This document shows positions 19,275-27,741 of a DNA stretch of 42,999 nucleotides, one piece after another. Where the stretch lies: contig SXPK01000186.1 of the NCBI GenBank assembly GCA_005776365.1, positions 1-42,999 of the forward strand, given 5' to 3'. The position numbers and the translations under genes are program-made. How positions within the stretch are numbered: position 1 is the stretch's first letter; the number at the start of each line of letters is the position of its first letter. This stretch comes from Planctomycetia bacterium. Lineage in GTDB: Bacteria; Planctomycetota; UBA1135; UBA2386. Under the pieces are notes generated by a model. That model worked only from the letters and a program-made list of their open reading frames with translations, did no database searches and was not told the origin of the DNA.

Positions 19275-19796
19275 ATGTGGAGTGCCCCGCCTGCTTTTGA
19301 CCCTGCCCGTCTGCTGCGCATCGCCAGCCGAGCCGCCAGCCTGGTGACTCGCAACCCGCTTGTGGTCGAGGAGGCCGCCGAACGCGCCTTGCACCAGCTT
19401 CAGCTCGCGTTTCTGACCGGAACCCCGATCGACCACCCCGAGGCTTGGCTGTGCACCGTTGCCCGCCGCTCGGCCTTGGCGATGCAGCGAAACGCGAGGG
19501 CACGCACGCGGACCATCGAGGAGAAAGACGACGTGCCCGAGCCCGAACCCAACGCGTTCCCTTGGACGAGCGACCGCCTCCGCTGCGCGATCCGCTCCGC
19601 GCTGACGCCGCGCCAGCGCGACGCTCTCGACGCCGCACTGAGCTGCCGCACCACGCGCGAAGCGGCGCGCACCTGCCACATGAACCCGCGCGACTTCCGC
19701 CGCTACCTGGCAGCAATCTCCCGCCGCGCACGTCGACGACTCGATGCCACAGAGGGCAGTGATGGAGCGGCGGCCGCCGCGACGCCTGTCGACTGA
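19275..19796 (+). CDS. ECF-sigma-70-like protein
   Basis: RBS GAGGAG at 19261; region-2-like VEEAAERAL and EAWLCTVARR; region-4-like LTPRQRDAL...TREAAR. Confidence 0.65.
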   Translation: MWSAPPAFDPARLLRIASRAASLVTRNPLVVEEAAERALHQLQLAFLTGTPIDHPEAWLCTVARRSALAMQRNARARTRTIEEKDDVPEPEPNAFPWTSDRLRCAIRSALTPRQRDALDAALSCRTTREAARTCHMNPRDFRRYLAAISRRARRRLDATEGSDGAAAAATPVD

Positions 19797-19847
19797 GTCA
19801 GAATCCGGTGCGTGCCTCGGGCACCGCGCGGCTCTAGCCTTGGTCGA

Positions 19848-21053
19848 ATGATCCGGCTCCAACTCGCTGCCTTCGCCTGCTTCATTGCCGTGGCCTCCGC
19901 CGCGGCCCAGTCAAAGGGTTACACCGACACGCCGATGCTGCCCGACGGCAAGTGGCGAGTTCACGACGCAACCCGTCCGCATCCGCAGGTCGTTCTGCCC
20001 GGCTCGGCTACCGACCCGGTCCCGCCACCCAAGGACGCGATTGTCCTGTTCGACGGCAGCGACCTGACGCAGTGGAAGGGGAGCAGCGATGCCGCGAAGT
20101 GGACGGTGGCGGACGGCTGCATGACGGTGAACGGCAGCGGCGACATCCACACCGTGCGCGAGTTCGGCGACTGCCAACTGCACGTCGAATGGGCTTCGCC
20201 GGCGCAGGTCGAAAGCGAGTCCCAAGGCCGCGGCAACAGCGGCGTGTTCTTCTTCGATCGCTACGAGATCCAGGTGCTCGACTCCCACGACAACGTCACC
20301 TACGCGGACGGTCAAGCTGCCTCGATCTACGGGCAGCAGCCGCCGCTGGTCAACGCGTGCCGTCCACCAGGCGAATGGCAGACCTTCGACATCGTGTTCC
20401 GCGCGCCGAAGTTCGGCCCCGAAGGCGGTCTGCTTGCACCAGCTCGCGTGACGATGTTCCACAACGGCGTCCTCGCGCATCTCGACCGGCCGATGTGGGG
20501 AGCTACCGCGCATCGCACATTGCCTAGCTACAAGGCGCACGATGCGAGAGGTCCGATTCGTTTGCAGGACCACGGCAACCCAGTCCGTTTCCGCAACATC
20601 TGGGTGCGCGAACTCGACCTGACGGGAACGCCGCCAGCGCCGACGCCGGGCGGCGCCAGTTTCGAGCCCAAGAAGTCGATGGACCAATCGATCGCCGATG
20701 TGATGGGCCGCACCGAGATCATCGACGATGCCATCGTCGTGCAGCACGTGCTGGTGTCATTCAAAGGCGCGCCGCGCATGACCACGATCACGCGCAGCAA
20801 GGACGACGCGCGCCTGTCCGCCGAGAAGATCTGGTCGAAGGCGACCAGCGGCGCGGACTTCGCAGGCTTGATGAAAGCGCACAGCGACGACACGGGTCCG
20901 GGCGAGTATCCGATGACAAAGGCCACCCGCTCGCAAATGGTCCGCGGCTTCGGCGACGTCGCCTACCGCCTGCGGATCGGCGAGATCGGCGTCGCGCCAT
21001 GGGACGCAGCCGGCAGCCCCTACGGCTGGCACGTCATCAAGCGCATCAAGTGA
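19848..21053 (+). CDS. DUF1080 (3-keto-disaccharide hydrolase-like) domain fused to parvulin-type PPIase
   Basis: Signal peptide; LFDGSDL..W, LHVEW, GNSGVF, YEIQVLDS, LQDHGNPVRFRNIW; then HVLV...HSDD...MV.GF...SPYGWHVIKR. Confidence 0.9.
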   Translation: MIRLQLAAFACFIAVASAAAQSKGYTDTPMLPDGKWRVHDATRPHPQVVLPGSATDPVPPPKDAIVLFDGSDLTQWKGSSDAAKWTVADGCMTVNGSGDIHTVREFGDCQLHVEWASPAQVESESQGRGNSGVFFFDRYEIQVLDSHDNVTYADGQAASIYGQQPPLVNACRPPGEWQTFDIVFRAPKFGPEGGLLAPARVTMFHNGVLAHLDRPMWGATAHRTLPSYKAHDARGPIRLQDHGNPVRFRNIWVRELDLTGTPPAPTPGGASFEPKKSMDQSIADVMGRTEIIDDAIVVQHVLVSFKGAPRMTTITRSKDDARLSAEKIWSKATSGADFAGLMKAHSDDTGPGEYPMTKATRSQMVRGFGDVAYRLRIGEIGVAPWDAAGSPYGWHVIKRIK

Positions 21054-21068
21054 CGCCGGGAGCCGGCT

Positions 21069-21713
21069 TCAGGTCGGCTTCAGTAACAGCTCACCTGTCG
21101 ACAGCCATCGCTCGACGGCGAGCAGTTCGTCGTGGCAGGGCACGTGAACGTGGCGAGGCACTCGACGAACGCGCGAGTCATCGCGCGAAAAGGGCGGCGG
21201 TGGATCGACCGACCACAAGGCGCTGGCGGCGCGCGGCGTCATGGCGAAGAAGATGAGCTCGGGCTCGGGCAACTCTTCATGCCACCCGACAAGGCGATCG
21301 GTGACGTCGTTCAGCAGCAACTGCCAGTTCTGCAAGCGCAGCCGCGATCCGTAGCGCGACTTGCCCTTCGTCCTTTGGTGCGTCACCTGCGCCTTGCCGT
21401 TGCCGCGCACGACGTAGCGCTTGGCTGCCTTATGGCGCACCAGCGCGTCGCCATCCCAGTAGCCCATCGCCATCGCGCCATACTGCAACAGAACGACTTC
21501 GTGTCGGAGCGGCAACAACGAGGCTCGTGCGAGATAGGCCGCGGCGCTCTCGCCCGGCCTCGCGTCCTCGAACACGGCTGGGAGGAGAAGTCGTGGCGCG
21601 AAGGGCTCGCCCTCCGCCACAAAGCAGCGACCGGCGGAGTCGGCCAACGAGCGCGGATATGCCGCGACAAAGTCGGTCAACTGCTCCTCGGCGTCCGCAC
21701 TACAAAAGCGCAT
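21069..21713 (-). CDS. VLRF1-family (Vms1-like, bVLRF1-type) release factor
   Basis: HK..KRYVVRGNGKAQVTH..TKGKSRYGSRLRLQN and PPF.RDD.R.R.VP.HV..P resemble the bVLRF1 family. Confidence 0.75.
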   Translation of the reverse strand: MRFCSADAEEQLTDFVAAYPRSLADSAGRCFVAEGEPFAPRLLLPAVFEDARPGESAAAYLARASLLPLRHEVVLLQYGAMAMGYWDGDALVRHKAAKRYVVRGNGKAQVTHQRTKGKSRYGSRLRLQNWQLLLNDVTDRLVGWHEELPEPELIFFAMTPRAASALWSVDPPPPFSRDDSRVRRVPRHVHVPCHDELLAVERWLSTGELLLKPT

Positions 21714-21921
21714 GGTTGGATTGTCGCACGGCGGCTGCCATCACAACGCATCGAGTTCACCTGACCCTTCGACCAGGTGACCCAGCGCTCCAGACGACGC
21801 TGCTGCCTTCCCACTGGTTCTTCGCGTCCCTTGGGTCATGCGTCGCACGTCGTCGCGACACGAGCAAACATGAGCGACGAGACAGACGCGCAGGCCCGCA
21901 GATCGAGGTAGCATCGACGGA

Positions 21922-23325
21922 ATGACCCAGGGCCTCGGCAGCGGCAATCTCCCGATCCGCGTCTGCACGGTCGGTTCGGGCCCGTCGGCGTTCTACGCCG
22001 TCGAGGCGTTGCTGAAGGCAAGCGGACTCGACGTGCGCGTCGACATGTTCGAGCGCCTGCCGACTCCCTTCGGCCTGGTTCGCGGCGGCGTCGCGCCGGA
22101 CCACCAGAAGATCAAGTCGGTCAGTAAGGTCTACGACAAGATCGCGGAGGACCCGCGCTTCCGCTTCTTCGGCAACGTGCGCATCGGCAAGGACCTCACG
22201 ATCGAGCAGCTCGAACGCAGCTACCATGCGATCGTCTGGGCCATCGGCTGCGAGAGCGACAATCGCCTCGGCGTGCCTGGCGAGGACCTCGCTGGCGTTT
22301 GCTCCGCGACCGAGTTCGTCGGCTGGTACAACGGTCACCCCGACTTTCGCGATCGCACCTTCGATCTCCAGCGGTCGCGACGCGTCGCTGTCGTTGGCAA
22401 TGGCAACGTCGCGATGGACTGCTCGCGCATCCTGCTGCAGAGCGCCGATCGACTCGCCGACACGGACATCGCCGACCATGCCCTAGCCACGCTGCGCCAG
22501 AGTTCCGTGACCGAAGTCGTGCTGCTCGGTCGCCGCGGACCAGCTCAAGCGGCGTTCTCGCCCAAGGAGATCGAAGAAATCGCCGAGTTGCCAGACGTGG
22601 ACGTCGCAGTCAGCGCGGAGGACGCGCACGTCGACGAGCATTCGGCCAAGTGGCTCGAGACCCAGGCGCGCAGCGCGCAGCGAAGCGTCAAGTTCTTGCA
22701 GGAGTGCGCAGCCCGCGGCCCTCAAGACCGCAAGAAGCGACTGACTTGCCGCTTCCTCGTCGCGCCGGTTGCGTTCGAAGGCGACGGCGGCCGCGTCCGC
22801 GCAATCACGTTGCAGCACGCCGCCCTCGATCTCGACAAGGATGGCACTCCACGCGCGCGACCGATCGACCGCTTCACGACCCTAGAAGTCGACCTCGTGC
22901 TGAAGGCAGTCGGCTACCGCGGCGTGCCGCTACCTGGTCTCGCCTTCGACGATCGACGCGGCATCATCGCCAACCTCGATGGGCGCGTGCTGGACCGAGT
23001 CGGCGGCGCGGCGCGCAGGGGGCACTACGTCGTCGGTTGGGCGAAGCGGGGGCCAACCGGTTTGGTCGGCACCAACAGCCCAGACAGCAAAGCTACGGTC
23101 GAACAGCTGCTACAAGACGTCCGCGCCGCCACGACACTTGCGCCGACTGTGGAAGGCGGCGCGGAGAAGGCGCTGCGTGCCGCCAATCTCGACTTCGTGA
23201 CCTGGCAAGACTGGCAGCGGCTCGATGCGCATGAACGCGCGCAAGGTCAAGATCGCGGCAAGGTCCGGCACAAGGAGCCTGACGTCGCCGCGTTGCTCCA
23301 GGCAGTTCGCGCCCTGCGCAAGTAG
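21922..23325 (+). CDS. Ferredoxin--NADP+ reductase, adrenodoxin-reductase/FprA type
   Basis: VGSGPSAFY, PFGLVRGGVAPDH, FVGWYNGHP, GNGNVAMD, GRRGPAQAAF, GWAKRGPTG. Confidence 0.93.
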   Translation: MTQGLGSGNLPIRVCTVGSGPSAFYAVEALLKASGLDVRVDMFERLPTPFGLVRGGVAPDHQKIKSVSKVYDKIAEDPRFRFFGNVRIGKDLTIEQLERSYHAIVWAIGCESDNRLGVPGEDLAGVCSATEFVGWYNGHPDFRDRTFDLQRSRRVAVVGNGNVAMDCSRILLQSADRLADTDIADHALATLRQSSVTEVVLLGRRGPAQAAFSPKEIEEIAELPDVDVAVSAEDAHVDEHSAKWLETQARSAQRSVKFLQECAARGPQDRKKRLTCRFLVAPVAFEGDGGRVRAITLQHAALDLDKDGTPRARPIDRFTTLEVDLVLKAVGYRGVPLPGLAFDDRRGIIANLDGRVLDRVGGAARRGHYVVGWAKRGPTGLVGTNSPDSKATVEQLLQDVRAATTLAPTVEGGAEKALRAANLDFVTWQDWQRLDAHERAQGQDRGKVRHKEPDVAALLQAVRALRK

Positions 23326-23336
23326 CCAAATGCCAG

Positions 23337-23355
23337 AAGGCGGCCATGCCGCCTT
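23337..23355 (+). terminator. Possible terminator hairpin after the reductase gene
   Basis: AAGGCGGC-CAT-GCCGCCTT just after the stop codon; no strong U-tract. Confidence 0.35.
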
Positions 23356-23645
23356 GCACTGCGTCGGGGACACGCAACGGCGCCACCCCCTGACTTCGAT
23401 CTCCGCGGCCCGCCGTCTCGCCCTATGTCAGCTCCCCGCTGCGTTGCCTCAAACCAATGAGTGCACAGCAGTGAGTTCACCAGCGGTCTGCGCGCGAGAC
23501 CGGGCACCGAAATCCTGGAGCCGAGAGCGAGTTGGCAGCGAGATCCGAGGTCGCTGCGAAGAACTCGCATCGAGGCGACCGGATTCGGAGTCGGGCGTCC
23601 GCGCGATTGCCTCGTGAGGTCACGGCCAGCAACACAGACCCTGTC

Positions 23646-24137
23646 ATGGACATCGCCGATCTCGCGTTCGCACCCGACCTCATCCTGAGCGCCGGCTCGC
23701 CCTTGCTCGCAGCCGTGCAACAGATGCGAACAAGAGGAATCGAATGTGCCCCGGTGATCGACGCGCAAGAGCGCCTCGTCGGCGAACTTCGCATCCGGCG
23801 CGCCGCCGATTCGCTGCAGCACAGTTACGCGCACAACGGCCCGGTACTCGTCGGCAGCGCGATGGCATGGGACGTCCAGACGGTGTGCTCGCGCACATCG
23901 CCGCGCGCTGCCCAGAACAGGATGCAGCAGCGCAAACTCGAATCGGTCTATGTCGTCAGCAGCGAGCTGCGACTCTTGGGAGTTCTGCTGCGGACTCATC
24001 TCGACAGAGCAGCCGCCGGCTGCGAAGGGTGCCCGAGCGATCCGAGCCAGCACGGGAACTGCCGCGGCCGCTGGTGTCGCCATGCTGGCTTCTGCGCCAA
24101 CGCTGACAAGCCGAGTGACGCGGCGAACAGCGCATGA
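23646..24137 (+). CDS. CBS-domain protein with Cys-rich tail
   Basis: Two CBS-like units (AVQQM...CAPVIDAQERLVG; AM..DVQTV...M....VYVV...RLLGVL.RTHL); tail C.GC...C...WC...FC. Confidence 0.65.
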   Translation: MDIADLAFAPDLILSAGSPLLAAVQQMRTRGIECAPVIDAQERLVGELRIRRAADSLQHSYAHNGPVLVGSAMAWDVQTVCSRTSPRAAQNRMQQRKLESVYVVSSELRLLGVLLRTHLDRAAAGCEGCPSDPSQHGNCRGRWCRHAGFCANADKPSDAANSA

Positions 24138-25240
24138 TCGAGCCACAACGAAGGCGGCTCGCAGTGATCATGGTCTGGGTGCCCGCCAAGGGACGGCTGC
24201 GTCGCGGGTCCGCTGCACAATCCCGAGGTCGCGATGGGCGCGCGGTCCTGGTCCTCAAGTCGGATCGTTCGACTCGGCTCGCAGTCACTCAATGAGCCCA
24301 CGTTGGGCGCGTGTTCATCGCTCGCGAGCGAGCACGCATAGAGGCGCAACGTTGCGAGCCCTTGGCTGTGGATGACGAAAGGATCACGCGAGATGCGGCT
24401 AAGCACTTCGCCCCATCGCTCTGCCAAGTGGACTGAAGGCAGTCGCAACGAACGAATGCTCGGGAGCCGCCGACGCGAAGCATCCACTTCGAGCAATCCT
24501 GGCCGTCGTTCCAGTGCGAATGCCGCACATAGGCCCAAGCACTTCCACTGAGAACTCGCGATGCATCGCAGCTGCAACGCGCAACACAACGAGATGCCTC
24601 GGCACCACAGATGGGCTGACAAGAGATTCAGGGCCTCGAGTCCTCACGCACCGTCCCGAATCGACGAAGTGCGCGAAACAAGGACTTCGGCGCCAGCGTT
24701 GCGCGACTGACCACTCCAGCATCCTGCGCTTCCGACAATCCGTTGTGACGATGGCAACCCGACCTGGCTACGAACTTCTGCTGCGCATCGCGCGGGATGT
24801 TCGTTGTGCACTGCCGACGCAGAGTCAGCAGCGGCGACTGGGCGAGATCCATCGCTGCGGTGCGCCGCTTGGTGATGCAGCAAGGCCATTGCGCATCGTC
24901 GTCGGCGAACTAGGGCCCGTCACTGCCTTCGAACTCATGCCCGCGTCGCTCGGGCTTTGCTGGGTTCTCGTCACAAAGCCGCGGCTCGCCACGATTCGTG
25001 CGAACCAGGCGCCGGTCTTGTGCGCAGTGAATTGCGCGCCCTTCAGCGCGTTGTCGTTGACCACATCGAGAAGAGCACAAAGCGGCACTCGCGGACCTTC
25101 GCGCAATCGCCACCGAGCTACACGCAGCCCATCGACGCATGCGCGTCATGGCGAGCGAGTCTTCTCGGCAGCGAGGCGCTCGAGCGGAGTCTGCCGCAAC
25201 CCATCTACATCGAGACCGCGCACGGAACGCGCGCGTGCCC

Positions 25241-25254
25241 TCGAACTGAATCAA
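25241..25254 (+). promoter_or_regulatory. Weak FNR/Crp-family-like box upstream of the nos operon
   Basis: TCGAA-CTGA-ATCAA matches 8 of 10 positions of TTGAT-N4-ATCAA. Confidence 0.25.
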
Positions 25255-25280
25255 CCACCGTCGCACCGAAGGAAGTGCTT

Positions 25281-25688
25281 ATGAGACTCGCCACCAGGAC
25301 CATTCTCGCGCCGACTGCCACCCTGTGCCTTCTCGCCCTCGTCTCCGCATGCGGTGGCGACGACGCGAAGGCGCAACGCCGTTCCTTCTCGGTCCCTGCC
25401 GCCCGCAAAGAAGCGAACGACCTCTACCAATCGCTGTGCTCCACCTGCCACGGCCCGTCCGGGCGAGGCGATGGGCCAGGAGCAGCTGCCTGCGACCCCA
25501 AGCCTCGGACCTTTCTCGACGTAGCTTGGCAATCGTCGGTCACTGACGAACACATCGTCAAGACGGTGACCTTTGGCGGCGCAGCCGTCGGGAAGAGCCC
25601 GCAGATGCCGGCTCAACCCCAACTCAAGGGCAAGACCGAAGTCCTCCAACACCTCGTCGCAATCGTCCGCGGCTTCGCGGCGCAATGA
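25281..25688 (+). CDS. Monoheme cytochrome c lipoprotein (NosC-like)
   Basis: Lipobox LVSAC; CSTCH; G.GDGP; SPQMP axial Met; RBS GAAGGA upstream. Confidence 0.9.
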   Translation: MRLATRTILAPTATLCLLALVSACGGDDAKAQRRSFSVPAARKEANDLYQSLCSTCHGPSGRGDGPGAAACDPKPRTFLDVAWQSSVTDEHIVKTVTFGGAAVGKSPQMPAQPQLKGKTEVLQHLVAIVRGFAAQ

Positions 25689-25747
25689 CGACCGTCCGCC
25701 GAGCTACCGCATTCCCGCCAGTTCCCATGACTCGAAGGAGCATTGCC

Positions 25748-27712
25748 ATGAACGACAGTCCCCGATCCATCCGTCTACTGGCCTTCGCAACGTGCGCCGC
25801 GCTCGCGGCCTCGTGCGGTGAAGGCAGCCCAGCGTCCGCCGGAGCCTCCTCGATCGGAGGCGACGCCCGGACGATCATCGCCGAGCGCAACCTGAACGAA
25901 GCCGACGTGTCGGCAGCGCTGTCGACCTACACGCCCACGGGACGCCACGACGAGTACTACACGTTTGCGTCCGGCGGCCACGCAGGCAACATCATCGTGA
26001 TCGGGGTGCCGAGCATGCGCATCCTGAAGTACATCGCGGTGTTCACCCCCGAGCCGTGGCAGGGCTACGGCTACGGCGACGAGAGCGGCGACCTCCTCAA
26101 AGCAGGCAGCCGCGCCGGCAACCTGATCACCTGGGCGGACCAGCACCACCCTGCGCTCAGCGAGAGCGGCGGCGAATATGACGGCCGTTGGCTGTTCATC
26201 GGCGACAAGGCGAACCCGCGCATGGCGGTCATCGACTTGCGGGACTTCATGACCAAGCAGATCGTCACGAGCGAGCTGCTGCAATCCGATCACGGCGCAG
26301 CCTTCGTCACGCCAGACACTGACTACGTGATCGAGACGTCGCAGTATCCGGCGCCACTCGGCGGCAAGTACGCGCCGATCGAGAGCTACGACGCCGAGTA
26401 TCGCGGCGCGATGGTGTTCTGGAAGTTCGACAAGCAGAAGGGGCGGATCATCCCCGAGCAGTCCTTCGCCATCGAACTGCCGCCGTACATGCAAGACCTC
26501 GCTGACGCAGGCAAGCGGGTCAGCGACGGCTGGGTGTTCTGCAACTCGATCAACACGGAACGGGCATGGGGCGGCACGATGGAAGGTAAGCCCTCGCTCG
26601 AGTCCGGGTCGACGCAGAACGACATGGACTACCTCCACTGCATTCCGTGGAAGAAGGCGGAGCAGGTCGCGGCCGCCGGGAAGACGGAAACGATCGCCGG
26701 CATGCGCACGATCCGGCTGCAGACCGCGATCGACGAAGGTCTCTTGTTCCTCGTGCCGGAGCCGAAGAGCCCGCACGGTGTCGACATCACGCCAGACGGT
26801 GAGGACATCGTCGTCGGCGGCAAGCTCGACACGCACTGCACGGTCTACAGCGCGACGAAGATCAAGGACCTCGCGGAGCAGAAGAAGTTCGCCGGACGTG
26901 ACCCCTACGGAGTCCCTGTCCTCGACTTCAAGCAGTCGATCCGCGGCCAGTGCGAGATCGGCCTCGGCCCGCTTCACACGCAGTTCGACGGCCAAGGCAA
27001 TGCCTACACCTCGGTGTTCATCGAGTCCGTCGTGGCGAAGTGGTCGCTCAAGGACCTCAAGTTGATCGAGAAGATCGACTCACACTTCAACATCGGTCAC
27101 CTGTGCGCCGCCGAAGGCGACACCGTGTCCCCGGACGGCAAGTACCTGCTGGCGATGAACAAGTGGGCGCTCGACCGCTTCGCGCCTGTCGGCCCGCTGC
27201 TGCCGCAGAACTTCCAACTCGTCGGCCTGGCAGGCCAAAAGATGACGCGGCTCTATGACATGCCACTGCCGCTGGGCGAACCGCACTACGCGCAGATGAT
27301 CAAGGCGGACAAGCTCAAGCCCATCGAGGTCTACACGCCGATCGGCACCAACCCGTTCCACGAAGGCGTCGATCCAAACGCGGTGACCGCCGGCAAGGAA
27401 CGCATCGAGCGCAAGGACGACGGCGTGCACGTCTGGATGACCGCGGTGCGCAGCCACTTCACCCCGGACATCGTCCGCGTGAAGGAAGGCGACGTGGTCC
27501 ACCTGCACGTCACCAACGTCGAGCAAGCGCACGACGCCACGCACGGCCTCGCGATCGGTTCTCACAACGTCAACCTGAGCCTCGAGCCGGGCAAGCACTG
27601 CAACGTCACCTTCACGGCCAAGCGAGCGGGCGTCTACCCGTTCTACTGCACCGAGGTCTGCTCGGCGCTGCACCTGGAGATGGCGGGCTACTTGCTCGTC
27701 GAGCCGCGCTGA
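25748..27712 (+). CDS. nosZ: Sec-dependent (clade II) nitrous oxide reductase
   Basis: CuZ His motifs DQHHP, DHG, SPHG, GPLH, NIGH, EPHY; CuA motifs THG and CTEVCSALHLEM; IAVFTPEPWQGYG is typical of clade II; RBS GAAGGAG; lipobox LAASC. Confidence 0.97.
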   Translation: MNDSPRSIRLLAFATCAALAASCGEGSPASAGASSIGGDARTIIAERNLNEADVSAALSTYTPTGRHDEYYTFASGGHAGNIIVIGVPSMRILKYIAVFTPEPWQGYGYGDESGDLLKAGSRAGNLITWADQHHPALSESGGEYDGRWLFIGDKANPRMAVIDLRDFMTKQIVTSELLQSDHGAAFVTPDTDYVIETSQYPAPLGGKYAPIESYDAEYRGAMVFWKFDKQKGRIIPEQSFAIELPPYMQDLADAGKRVSDGWVFCNSINTERAWGGTMEGKPSLESGSTQNDMDYLHCIPWKKAEQVAAAGKTETIAGMRTIRLQTAIDEGLLFLVPEPKSPHGVDITPDGEDIVVGGKLDTHCTVYSATKIKDLAEQKKFAGRDPYGVPVLDFKQSIRGQCEIGLGPLHTQFDGQGNAYTSVFIESVVAKWSLKDLKLIEKIDSHFNIGHLCAAEGDTVSPDGKYLLAMNKWALDRFAPVGPLLPQNFQLVGLAGQKMTRLYDMPLPLGEPHYAQMIKADKLKPIEVYTPIGTNPFHEGVDPNAVTAGKERIERKDDGVHVWMTAVRSHFTPDIVRVKEGDVVHLHVTNVEQAHDATHGLAIGSHNVNLSLEPGKHCNVTFTAKRAGVYPFYCTEVCSALHLEMAGYLLVEPR

Positions 27713-27741
27713 ACCGGAGCGATCCGCAGAACGGTGCTGCA

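Noticed and set aside
24514-25284. 256-aa ORF upstream of nos
   Set aside because: No recognisable domain and atypical codon usage; kept only as part of the unexplained-region finding.
25748-27712. Possibility of a novel or clade III N2O reductase
   Set aside because: All canonical CuZ and CuA motifs and clade II signatures are present; the only variation seen is CTEVC in place of the usual Phe.
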